IMG/VR virus record: IMGVR_UViG_3300037310_000278
Location: 1 to 44,580 of that record
Direction: 5' to 3' (one strand)
DNA from: a virus
Lineage: Duplodnaviria > Caudoviricetes
Length of the DNA: 44,580 nucleotides
Shown: piece by piece, positions 7,559 through 16,031 of the stretch
How positions within the stretch are numbered: the stretch's first letter is position 1
Layout: each line of letters begins with the position of its first letter
Notes under the pieces: model-generated
What the model was told of the DNA's origin: nothing
The model's input: the letters and a program-made list of their open reading frames with translations, nothing else
Database searches by the model: none
Position numbers and translations under genes: made by a program

Positions 7559-7747
7559 TCACCACCCTTCTCTCTTACCCGCTGTGTCGACGAGGCGCGC
7601 ATCGACCAGGTCAACCTCGTCTGCGCGCGCCGCAGTGACGCCATGTTCGCTGCCATCGAGGCCCGCGAGGCCGCCAGGCGCGCTGGCAGGGCGCGTCCCT
7701 CCCGGCTCGCCTCCCGGATCAGCGCCTGGTTGGGGCGCGCGGCATGA
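7553..7747 (+). CDS. Small hypothetical protein
   Basis: Strong RBS, 64 aa, ATGA overlap with the next gene. Confidence 0.7.
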   Translation: MTSPPFSLTRCVDEARIDQVNLVCARRSDAMFAAIEAREAARRAGRARPSRLASRISAWLGRAA

Positions 7748-7965
7748 CCGGCAGGCAGCCTACCGGCATCGAGCGCGCTATTGTGGCAGCAGGCGGCACC
7801 GTTGCGCTGGCGACCCTGCTAGGCGTCACCAGCCCGGCCATCAGCAAGTTTCACGCGCAAGGATGGGTGCCGATCAGCCGCGCCCGCGCCATCCACGCCA
7901 TGTACCCGGACATTCCGCTCCGGGACCTGGTCAGGCCAGATATCGCCGACATCCTGCTGGTTTGA
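7744..7965 (+). CDS. Cro-like HTH regulator
   Basis: IERAIVAAGGTVALATLLGVTSPAISKF..GWVP..RA pattern, 73 aa, directly upstream of the primase. Confidence 0.8.
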   Translation: MTGRQPTGIERAIVAAGGTVALATLLGVTSPAISKFHAQGWVPISRARAIHAMYPDIPLRDLVRPDIADILLV

Positions 7966-7971
7966 CGCGCC

Positions 7972-10233
7972 ATGGACTTTGGCGCGTCCCCGGCCGTGTG
8001 GCAGCACTACGCCGGCGAGCTGGGTCTGTGTGAGGACCTGCTCCCCGTCGTGTCGAACCCGGATGCCAGGTTGAGCCCTGACAGCCGCATCAGCCGCCTT
8101 GGCAAGACCCCGACCCGCTACAACTACCGAGGCTTCGTCGCCGGCATCAGGAGCTGGGTCGACTTCCGCGCCGCGCCGCGCGACATCGGCGACTGGTCGG
8201 CGGTGCCCGACTACGGCATCTGCGTGCAGACCCGGCGCGTGCGCGCCTTCGACATCGACGTCGCCGACGTCGCCACGGCGCGGCGGATTGTCGCCGCCAT
8301 CGAGACCGCCACCGGCTTCCGCTTCCCGCGACGCTATCGCCGGGGCACCGGCAAGTGCCTGTTGCCGTTCCGCTACCCGCCGCCGCTGACCAAGCGCGTT
8401 ATCCCGGTCGACGGCGGCATGATCGAGGTGCTGGCGACCGGTCAACAGTTCGTCGCCGAGGGCACCTATATCGACGCCTCCGGCAAGGCTGCCGGGCGTT
8501 ACCTGTGGACCGACGGCCTCCCCGGCGCGCTGCCGGAGCTGTCCGAAGACCAGTTCAACGCGCTGTGGGTGGCGCTGGTGACCGAGTTCGCCACCGACGC
8601 GCCGCGCATTGCCCGCCAGCGCAAGGCCGTTTCCAAAGAGCGTGTACACGAGGCGCGCGGGCGCGACGATCAGGCCGACTATCTGATCGAGACCGCGACC
8701 ATCTACGACGTTGGTGAGGACGGCAGGCTCTATCTGGAATGCCCGTTCGCCAGCGAGCACAGCAGCGCAGGGCTGACCAGCACGGTCTATTTCCCGGCCA
8801 CGACGGGCGGCTACGCACAGGGCCACTGGGTTTGCCTGCACGCGCATTGCATGGACCGTGATGAAGCCGATTTCCGCGACGCCTGCGGCTACACGCTGGA
8901 CGGCTTCGAGGACCTGACCGAAGCGCCGCCGGAGCTGGCTCCGGTGCCGGCTGTCAGTCCCGAGGCGCGCGTCCTCCTCGACAAGGGGGCCACGCCCCTG
9001 CTGCTGCGCCCCCGCCGCAACAGCGAGCCGGCGCGCATCCTGCGCGACGCCAAGGGGCGGCCGGAAACCACCATGGACAATCTCATCGAAGCGCTGGAGA
9101 ACCCTGGCTTCTGCCAGCACGTGCTGGCCTTCGACGCCTTCCAGCATGATGTCGTCTGGTGCCCAATGACCGACCCGGAAGGCGAGGAGCAATGGGCGGC
9201 GTTCGACGACACCAACTACGCTGACCTACAGCGCATCCTCGAACGTCGGGGCTTCCGGCAGATCGGCATTGAGATGCTGCGTCGGGCGGTGCGCCGCGCG
9301 GCGCGCGACAACCCGGTCGACACCGCGCAGATATGGCTCATGCGCCAGCAATGGGACGGCGTTTCCCGCGTCTCCGGTTTCTTCGAGCAAGCCTTTGGCG
9401 TGCCGGCCAGCGACTACGCGACAGCGGTTTCCCGCTATCTGTGGACGGCGCTTGCTGGCCGCGTCATTGCGCCAGGCTGCAAGGCTGACATGGTCGTCAC
9501 GCTGGTTGGCCCACAGGGCCTCTACAAGAGCACGGCGCTCGAGCAACTGGTGCCGCACACCGACTTCTACTTGCAGGTCCACCTTAAGAACAAGGAGGAC
9601 GACATCGCGCGGCTCATGCGCGGGCGCATGGTCTACGACATCGACGAGCTACGCGGGCTGCGTTCGAAGTCGGCCGAGGAAATCAAGGCGTTTCTCAGCC
9701 GGCGCTACGACACCTGGGTGCCGAAATTCATGGAGACGACGACGCGCTTCGCCCGGCGCGGCGTGTTCGTCGCCTCGACCAACGAGGATGACTTCCTCGG
9801 CGACGCCACCGGCGAGCGGCGCTGGCTGCCGCTGTCGGTGAATCACGCCGATGTCAGGTGGATCGCCGCCAACCGCGATCAGCTATGGGCGGAAGCCGCC
9901 AACCTCTACGTCCTCGACGGCATCCTGTGGCAGGACGCCGAGCGGCTCGCTGTCGTCGAGCATCCACGCTACAAGGCCGAGGACGCCTGGGAGCTGATCA
10001 TCGCGCGCTGGCTGGAGGACCGCGACGTCACCGGTGAACGGACCAACGCCGACAATCCGGAAGGCTTGCACGCCAGCGAGGTCGCGGCCGGCGCCCTCGG
10101 CCTGTCGCTGCGCGATATGGATAACTCTGTGTACGGCCGGGTCGGCCGCGTGCTGCGGCGCTTCGGCTTCGTGCGCGGCCAGGGCCGCCGTCGCAACCGC
10201 TGGTTCCCGCGTAAGGAGGAAGCATCGTCATGA
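7972..10233 (+). CDS. Primase-polymerase fused to a VirE/VapE-type helicase
   Basis: N-terminal AFDIDV prim-pol motif, CPF..EH/C.HAHC zinc motif, Walker A GPQGLYKST, and FVASTNEDDFLGDATGERRWLP typical of the VirE family. Confidence 0.88.
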   Translation: MDFGASPAVWQHYAGELGLCEDLLPVVSNPDARLSPDSRISRLGKTPTRYNYRGFVAGIRSWVDFRAAPRDIGDWSAVPDYGICVQTRRVRAFDIDVADVATARRIVAAIETATGFRFPRRYRRGTGKCLLPFRYPPPLTKRVIPVDGGMIEVLATGQQFVAEGTYIDASGKAAGRYLWTDGLPGALPELSEDQFNALWVALVTEFATDAPRIARQRKAVSKERVHEARGRDDQADYLIETATIYDVGEDGRLYLECPFASEHSSAGLTSTVYFPATTGGYAQGHWVCLHAHCMDRDEADFRDACGYTLDGFEDLTEAPPELAPVPAVSPEARVLLDKGATPLLLRPRRNSEPARILRDAKGRPETTMDNLIEALENPGFCQHVLAFDAFQHDVVWCPMTDPEGEEQWAAFDDTNYADLQRILERRGFRQIGIEMLRRAVRRAARDNPVDTAQIWLMRQQWDGVSRVSGFFEQAFGVPASDYATAVSRYLWTALAGRVIAPGCKADMVVTLVGPQGLYKSTALEQLVPHTDFYLQVHLKNKEDDIARLMRGRMVYDIDELRGLRSKSAEEIKAFLSRRYDTWVPKFMETTTRFARRGVFVASTNEDDFLGDATGERRWLPLSVNHADVRWIAANRDQLWAEAANLYVLDGILWQDAERLAVVEHPRYKAEDAWELIIARWLEDRDVTGERTNADNPEGLHASEVAAGALGLSLRDMDNSVYGRVGRVLRRFGFVRGQGRRRNRWFPRKEEASS

Positions 10234-10297
10234 CTCGCACCCGCCGGTTTCCGTTCGCGCCTGTGGACATGGTTGCAAAGAATCGGTATACCCAAGC

Positions 10298-10490
10298 ACA
10301 GGCAACAGCGCGTCGCCGGCCGGACTGGAAACGCACTGTTGTTCGCGTACCCTCGCGGGAAGGCCCGTGCGGGGTGGCGCACCTCCTTTCCTCCGGGAAG
10401 GCTCCACACGTTCCGGGCAAGGAATGTCGTGCGGAGCAAGGGGATTCGAAACGGCGGTTGCTCATGAAAATGGGTCAACCGCCGTTTTCA
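10298..10490 (+). ncRNA. Candidate structured small RNA 1
   Basis: TGGACA-N17-TATACC promoter at 10264-10292, four consecutive hairpins, ACCTCCT at 10381, and a closing long GAAA-loop hairpin with TTTT. Confidence 0.45.
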
Positions 10491-10504
10491 GTCAGGATAC
10501 CACT

Positions 10505-10678
10505 ATGACCCGCATCAGTCAGCGGGCGCACCGCTACACGCTGACCTGCCGTAGCCCGGCCGGAAAACAGGTCCTCGAAGTGTACACGTCCGGCGAGCCT
10601 GCCGTGTTCCACGCCCGCGCCCGCGTCGGCGAAGGCTGCACCGACGTTGTCATCCGCGTCGAACCCATATTGACATGA
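10505..10678 (+). CDS. Small hypothetical protein (57 aa)
   Basis: CAGGA RBS and ATG at 10505 (MTRISQRAHRYTLTC...). Confidence 0.55.
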   Translation: MTRISQRAHRYTLTCRSPAGKQVLEVYTSGEPAVFHARARVGEGCTDVVIRVEPILT

Positions 10679-10704
10679 CGAAGGCTTTGGGCTATTTGGC
10701 CTTC

Positions 10705-10844
10705 CGTTCTCCTGAAAGAACAGGCGGTTCCGGTGTCGACCTACCTCGGAGCCGCCTACAGGAGGACGCTTGGCTATGCTGTTCGTTTCGTGTGGAGCTA
10801 AACGAACAACTTGAAGGCGCCCTGCTTCGGGCGCCTTTTTTTTT
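10705..10844 (+). ncRNA. Candidate structured small RNA 2 with anti-RBS 5' end
   Basis: TTGACA-N17-TATTTG promoter at 10670-10698, nested stems, intrinsic terminator; 5' GTTCTCCTGAAA is complementary to phage RBS motifs. Confidence 0.55.
10814..10844 (+). terminator. Rho-independent terminator
   Basis: aaggcgccc-tgcttc-gggcgcctt followed by a T run. Confidence 0.9.
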
Positions 10845-10864
10845 GCCAAAATCCAAAAACCATA

Positions 10865-10893
10865 TTGACGGCCCGTTACCTGTCAGTTACATA
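10865..10893 (+). promoter_or_regulatory. Promoter of the replication operon with a degenerate operator
   Basis: TTGACG-N17-TACATA; TTACCTGTCAGTTA at 10876-10889. Confidence 0.6.
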
Positions 10894-10936
10894 ACCCGTG
10901 ACGCGCTGGCATGGCGCGCCGATCAGGAGAACAACG

Positions 10937-11395
10937 ATGAATTTCACGATTACGGTTGACATTCCGGCGCTCGACCGGCTTTCAGCGGCGATACTGGCGC
11001 TCGCCGGCAGCGTAAGCGGCGCACAGGATGCCCCGGGCGGGCAGCCGGCTCCGGCCAAACCGAAGGCCGAGAAGCCAGCAAAGACCCCGCCAGCGGCCAA
11101 GCCTGAACCGGACGCCAAGCCTGAACCGGACGCCAAGCCTGAACCGGACGCCAAGCCTGAACCGGACGCCAAGCCTGAACCGGACGCCAAGCCTGAACCG
11201 ACGGCCGAACCCGCCGACGCGTCCGGGCCAAGCGATATCGATTTGCGCACGGCCGCCATCAACTACGCGCAGAAGAACGGCAAGGAAGCGCTCATCGCAC
11301 TGCTTGAGCGCGAAGCCGGCGTACGCAACGTGTCGGGGATCGCAGCGGCGAAGCGCGGTGACGTGTACACGGCGCTGTTGGGGAAGGCCGGCTGA
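10937..11395 (+). CDS. Hypothetical protein with an AKPEPD repeat linker, at the usual position upstream of the DUF2800 gene
   Basis: CAGGAG RBS, ATG at 10937, 152 aa; N-terminal LDRLSAAILALA and a small helical C-terminal domain. Confidence 0.8.
   Translation: MNFTITVDIPALDRLSAAILALAGSVSGAQDAPGGQPAPAKPKAEKPAKTPPAAKPEPDAKPEPDAKPEPDAKPEPDAKPEPDAKPEPTAEPADASGPSDIDLRTAAINYAQKNGKEALIALLEREAGVRNVSGIAAAKRGDVYTALLGKAG
11096..11200 (+). repeat. Perfect 18-bp tandem repeat gccaagcctgaaccggac, about 5.8 copies
   Basis: Seen directly. Confidence 0.95.
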
Positions 11396-11577
11396 TGTTG
11401 GGTCTGCCGAACATTCACTCGCAGAGCATCTTCGCCATTGCGAAGCAGGCGCACGTCGACCTCTATCAGTTGGCGTACCGCGTCGCCGAGAACGAGGACG
11501 TACCCGACCCGCTGCGCGAAACCGCGAAGGCATTGATCGAACGCATCAAGCAGCAGGCCCTGGGGCCGGCGGCTTGA
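11395..11577 (+). CDS. Small hypothetical protein
   Basis: 60 aa, TGATG coupling with the upstream gene. Confidence 0.65.
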   Translation: MLGLPNIHSQSIFAIAKQAHVDLYQLAYRVAENEDVPDPLRETAKALIERIKQQALGPAA

Positions 11578-11644
11578 TCGGGAGGCGTCGATTTCGACCC
11601 CTTTCCGACGCCTTCCGCCTTTTCATTTTCAGGAGAACAGCATC

Positions 11645-12961
11645 ATGACGACAGAGGGCAAACGGCACGCTTTGCTTGGGCCGAGCGGCGCGCAGCGCTG
11701 GTCGACCTGCGCGGCATCCAGCGTCTACCATGACGGCGTGCATTCACCGTCGTCGAAATACAGTCTTTGGGGCGTTGCCGCGCATGCGGTTCTTGAAATG
11801 TGTTTCGCGGACCCTGCGCGCCCGGCCAACGCCGAAGCCTTTGTCGGCCACATCGCCGAGGCCGAAGGCAATGAAATCACCGTCGACATGGAAATGGCCG
11901 ATTGCGTCAACACCTGTGTCGAACATATCGAAGCGCTGACGGCGACGGCCACGTACCGCGTTTTTGAAACCGAGGTCGGCATCGAGCACATCACCGGCGA
12001 GACCGGCGCCGTCGGGACGGCCGACCATATCGCCATCGTGCCGCTGGCCAACGGCGGCGACGAGCTGGTTGTCGTCGATTTCAAGGCCGGCGCCGGAGTG
12101 CTTGTCGAGGCCGAAGGCAACCTGCAACTAGCCATGTACGCGCTTGGCGCGCTCAACACCCTGGATGTCGTCTACGATATCCGGAGCGTGCGTCTCGTCA
12201 TCGTGCAGCCGCGCATGCACAACACCGGCGAATGGGTGCTGCCGGTCGACGCGCTGCGGCAGTTGGAAACCAAATTGCAGCACGCCGCGAAGCGGTCGCT
12301 GGAGCTGGTCGTCGAAACGCGCCAGCACGGCACTTTGCCAGCGGCCGAGCACTACCAACCTTCCGAGAAGGCTTGCCGGTTCTGCGTGGCGAAGGCGTCC
12401 TGCCCGGCGCTGCGCGGCTTTGTGCTCGACGCCGTCACCATGGGCGCCGCCAGCGCGGAGGACTTCGCAAACCTGGTTGAGGAGAAAGGCTCGCTGCCAA
12501 AGGCGCTGTCGGCAACGGTCAACACCGGCGCTGACATCAGCGACGCCGACCTCGGCCAGGCCATGTCCTGCACCGGCCTTGTCGAGACCTGGATCAAGGC
12601 GATCCGGGCCGAGGTGGAAAGCCGGCTGCTTGACGGCCGCGCCGTCCCTGGCTGGAAGCTGGTTGCCGGCCGGCGCGGTGCGCGTCGCTGGACCGACACC
12701 GAGGCGGCCGCCAAGGCGCTGACCACCTCCGGCCGGTTGAAAACCAGCGAAGCCTATGTGTCGGAGCTGATCTCGCCGACCGTTGCCGAGAAGCTGCTTG
12801 CCGACCGACCGCGCGTCTGGGCCAAGCTTGAACCGCTGATCACGTGCAGCGAGGGCCGGCCAAGCGTGGCGCCTTCGTCCAGCTCAAGACCGGCCTGGAC
12901 GCCGATTTCCGCAACCGACTTCGACGCGGTGGAGGACAGCGCCGCGTCCGAGACTGACTGA
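11645..12961 (+). CDS. DUF2800-type PD-(D/E)xK Cas4-like exonuclease
   Basis: HALLGPSGAQRWSTC, GTADHI, VVDFKAG, NLQLAMYALG, CRFC..K..CPA. Confidence 0.85.
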   Translation: MTTEGKRHALLGPSGAQRWSTCAASSVYHDGVHSPSSKYSLWGVAAHAVLEMCFADPARPANAEAFVGHIAEAEGNEITVDMEMADCVNTCVEHIEALTATATYRVFETEVGIEHITGETGAVGTADHIAIVPLANGGDELVVVDFKAGAGVLVEAEGNLQLAMYALGALNTLDVVYDIRSVRLVIVQPRMHNTGEWVLPVDALRQLETKLQHAAKRSLELVVETRQHGTLPAAEHYQPSEKACRFCVAKASCPALRGFVLDAVTMGAASAEDFANLVEEKGSLPKALSATVNTGADISDADLGQAMSCTGLVETWIKAIRAEVESRLLDGRAVPGWKLVAGRRGARRWTDTEAAAKALTTSGRLKTSEAYVSELISPTVAEKLLADRPRVWAKLEPLITCSEGRPSVAPSSSSRPAWTPISATDFDAVEDSAASETD

Positions 12962-12982
12962 CTGTCCTGACAGGAGACATCC

Positions 12983-13534
12983 ATGGCTACCGTTATGCTC
13001 AAAGACGTTCGACTTGCCTTCCACCGGGGGCTGTTCAACGCGATTGCTTTCGCCGGCGACGGCAAGGCGGACTACAATTGCAAATTCATTTTTCCGCCGG
13101 ATCATCCGGCGACCGAGCTGATCGAAGCCGCCGAGGCCGAGGTCGCCAAGGAGAAATGGGGCGCCAAATGGGGGAAGGAGCTTGCCATCATCCGCAGTAC
13201 CGGCAATGCCGTTGTCCACGATGGCAACCTCCAGCGTGCTGACGGTTTCGAGGGCAACCGCTACATTAATGTGAGGTCGCAAATCCGCCCCGGCGTTTTC
13301 AACCGGGACCGTTCGCCGCTGACCGAAGCCGACGGCGTCATCTATTCAGGGTGTTTTGTCAACGCCAAGATCGAGGTTTGGGCGATGGACAACCAGTACG
13401 GCAAGAAGATCAACGCCCAATTGCTTGGCGTGCAGTTCGCCCGCGACGGCGACAGCTTCGGCGGCGGCAAGCCGTCGGCGACCGCCGACGATTTCGAGGA
13501 CGTTGCCGATAACGGCGAAGACCCGTTCGCCTGA
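12983..13534 (+). CDS. DUF2815-type single-stranded DNA-binding protein
   Basis: VRLAF, IYSGCFVNA, LLGVQFARDGDSFGGG and an acidic C-terminus ending DPFA. Confidence 0.85.
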   Translation: MATVMLKDVRLAFHRGLFNAIAFAGDGKADYNCKFIFPPDHPATELIEAAEAEVAKEKWGAKWGKELAIIRSTGNAVVHDGNLQRADGFEGNRYINVRSQIRPGVFNRDRSPLTEADGVIYSGCFVNAKIEVWAMDNQYGKKINAQLLGVQFARDGDSFGGGKPSATADDFEDVADNGEDPFA

Positions 13535-13593
13535 GCCGGGCGCCGCTGGCAGACCGGCCATTGTCTGCCTTTTGCTTTTTCAGGAGAAGAGGC

Positions 13594-13770
13594 ATGGTCG
13601 ACATCGATATGCGCGTCACGGGGCCCGAAGCCGAAAAGGTTGTCGATTACATATTCGAAGCCCTCGGCAAGTCAGGCTTCGAGCATTACATCGTCGCTTC
13701 CATTTTCCGGGGGCTAAGCAACGGCGAAGAAGACTTCTGCGACTATCGCACGGCGCTTCATGTTCGCTAG
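13594..13770 (+). CDS. Small hypothetical protein (58 aa)
   Basis: TTTCAGGAGAAG RBS and ATG at 13594; overlaps the polymerase start. Confidence 0.65.
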   Translation: MVDIDMRVTGPEAEKVVDYIFEALGKSGFEHYIVASIFRGLSNGEEDFCDYRTALHVR

Positions 13771-15742
13771 GACGCTCTATCTCGATATCGAGACCTACTG
13801 CGAGACGCCGATAGCCGTTGGCACGCACCGCTACGCCGAGGACGCCGAGATCACGGTGCTGGCGTGGGCGCACGACGGCGGCGAGGTGCGCGTGCAGGAC
13901 ATGACCCGTGATAGCACGCTGCCGAGCGATTTGCTCGTGGCGCTCGCCGACGGCGGTACCGAGGTCGTCATGCACAACAGCGCCTTCGACCGCACCGTGC
14001 TGCGACACGCCTACGGCCTCGACATCCCGGTATGGCGTGTCACCGACACCATGGTGCAGGCGCTCGCGCACGGCCTGCCGGGCGGTCTCGACAAGCTCTG
14101 CGACGTATTCAAAGTTCCGGCCGAATTTCGCAAGCTCGACACTGGGCGCGACCTCGTCATGCTGTTCTGCAAGCCCCGGCCAAAGGGCCACAAGCTGCGG
14201 CGTGCGAATCGTGATTCACACCCGGAGCGCTGGCAGGAGTTTCTAGAATACGCCAAGGGCGACATCCGTTCCATGCGTTGGCTGCGCACGCGCTTGCCGT
14301 CGGTCAACTATCCGACGAATTTCGTCGAGCGCGACGTCTGGTGCCTCGACCAGGCCACCAACGACCGGGGTTTCGCCGTCGACGTGGAGCTGGCCGGGAA
14401 AGCTGTCCAGCTCATTGACACCACCAAGCAAGACCTTTCCGGCCGGCTCATGGAGCTGACCTGGGGCGAGGTCGAAACCGCCGGGCAGCGCGACCGCCTG
14501 CTGGGGCACCTGCTGTCCACGTTTGGCGTGTCGCTGCCAGACCTGACGGCGTCGACCCTGGAGCGCCGCGTCAACGACGAGAACCTGCCCGAACCCGTCC
14601 GGGAGATTCTCGCCATCCGGCTGGCGGCATCGGGCTCGTCGACGAGCAAGTACCAGGCTCTGCTGCGCGGCGTCTCCTCCGACGGCCGGTTGCGCGGCAC
14701 GATCCAGTACTGCGGCGCGTCGCGCACCGGTCGCGACGCCGGCCGCCTGTTCCAGCCGCAGAACCTGCCAAGGACACCCGACAGCTTCGACGCCGCTGAA
14801 CAGGAAGCCGCCATCGCGGCGATCAAGGGCGGCGTCGCCGACGTGGTCTACGACTCGCCGCTGTCCGTCGCCTCGCACTGCCTGCGCGGCGCCATTGTCG
14901 CCAGCCCCGGCCGCAAGCTGGTTGTCGCCGACCTGTCCAACATCGAGGGCCGGGTGCTGGCCTGGTTGGCCGGCGAAACGACCAAGCTGGCGGCGTTCCG
15001 GGCCTACGACGCCGGCACCGGGCCGGACGTGTACACGGCCACGGCGGCCATGGTGCTGAACAAGCCGGTCAAGGATATCACCAAGGCCGAACGGCAGACC
15101 AGCGGCAAGGTGCCGGAGCTGGCCTGCGGCTATCAGGGCGGTTCCGGGGCCTTCTCGTCGATGATGCAGCTCTACGGCCTCGACCTGACGCCTGGCGAGG
15201 TCGACAGCATCGTGCGCGGCTGGCGCGCCGCCAACCGCCGTATCGTAGCCCTCTGGTACGACGTGGAGAGGGCCGCCAGAAGCGCGATAGCGACGCCGGG
15301 GGTAAAGATACCCGTGAACTCCCTCATTACGCTTGTGCGGGCCGGAGACTGGCTCCGGATACGCCTGCCGTCGGGGCGTCAGCTCTTCTACATGTCGCCC
15401 CGGCTTGGCGACCGGCGGGAAGGCGGTGCGCTCAGCTATTACGGCGTCAACAGCTACACCCGCCGCTGGGAGCGCATCGAGACCTACGGCGGCAAGCTGG
15501 TGGAAAACATAACCCAGGCCGTCGCGCGCGACGTGCTCAAGCATAACGCGCTGCTTGCCGAAGCGGCAGGCTATCAAATCCTGCTGCCCGTGCATGATGA
15601 GCTGATCACTGAAACCGAGGACCTTCCCAAGTTCACGGCGGCTGGGCTGTGCGAGCGGCTGAGTGCCTTGCCGGACTGGGCCGACGCGTCGCTGCCGCTG
15701 GCCTCGCACGGTTTTGAAACCTACCGCTACCGGAAAGACTGA
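13760..15742 (+). CDS. Family A DNA polymerase with 3'-5' exonuclease
   Basis: LDIET and HNSAFDR exonuclease motifs; SRTGR, ADLSNIEGR (motif A), R...K..ELACGYQGG (motif B), VHDE (motif C). Confidence 0.92.
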   Translation: MFARTLYLDIETYCETPIAVGTHRYAEDAEITVLAWAHDGGEVRVQDMTRDSTLPSDLLVALADGGTEVVMHNSAFDRTVLRHAYGLDIPVWRVTDTMVQALAHGLPGGLDKLCDVFKVPAEFRKLDTGRDLVMLFCKPRPKGHKLRRANRDSHPERWQEFLEYAKGDIRSMRWLRTRLPSVNYPTNFVERDVWCLDQATNDRGFAVDVELAGKAVQLIDTTKQDLSGRLMELTWGEVETAGQRDRLLGHLLSTFGVSLPDLTASTLERRVNDENLPEPVREILAIRLAASGSSTSKYQALLRGVSSDGRLRGTIQYCGASRTGRDAGRLFQPQNLPRTPDSFDAAEQEAAIAAIKGGVADVVYDSPLSVASHCLRGAIVASPGRKLVVADLSNIEGRVLAWLAGETTKLAAFRAYDAGTGPDVYTATAAMVLNKPVKDITKAERQTSGKVPELACGYQGGSGAFSSMMQLYGLDLTPGEVDSIVRGWRAANRRIVALWYDVERAARSAIATPGVKIPVNSLITLVRAGDWLRIRLPSGRQLFYMSPRLGDRREGGALSYYGVNSYTRRWERIETYGGKLVENITQAVARDVLKHNALLAEAAGYQILLPVHDELITETEDLPKFTAAGLCERLSALPDWADASLPLASHGFETYRYRKD

Positions 15743-15746
15743 CAGC

Positions 15747-16031
15747 GTGCGGACGTTGCGGGAAGCCGATATCGAAGCCTATTTCTGCGCGATGGTCGCC
15801 CGTGCCGGCGGCGAGCAGCGCAAGGTACGCTGGACCGGCCGGCGCGGCTGCCCGGATCGCTTTGTCTGGTGGCCTGGCACCAGCCGCCCGCCGGCGTTCG
15901 TCGAGTTCAAGGCACCGGGTGGGGCGGCGCGCGCCGAGCAGGCGAGGGAGCATGACTTGCTGCGCGCCGGCGGTGTCGCGGTGTTGGTGCTGGACACGCG
16001 CGCCGGCGTTGACGACTACATAGGCGCCTGA
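15747..16031 (+). CDS. VRR-NUC domain nuclease
   Basis: READIE...GCPDR...FVEFKAPGG...Q; GTG start at 15747. Confidence 0.85.
   Translation: MRTLREADIEAYFCAMVARAGGEQRKVRWTGRRGCPDRFVWWPGTSRPPAFVEFKAPGGAARAEQAREHDLLRAGGVAVLVLDTRAGVDDYIGA

Noticed and set aside
10705-10770. Hammerhead ribozyme or tRNA
   Set aside because: CTGAAAGA does not match the CUGANGA core with the required stems, and no cloverleaf or T-loop was seen
10230-10959. ORFs 10230-10508, 10475-10849 and 10675-10959
   Set aside because: They cross promoters, hairpins and a strong terminator, so the region is better explained as non-coding; 10230-10508 cannot be fully excluded because it overlaps the primase stop
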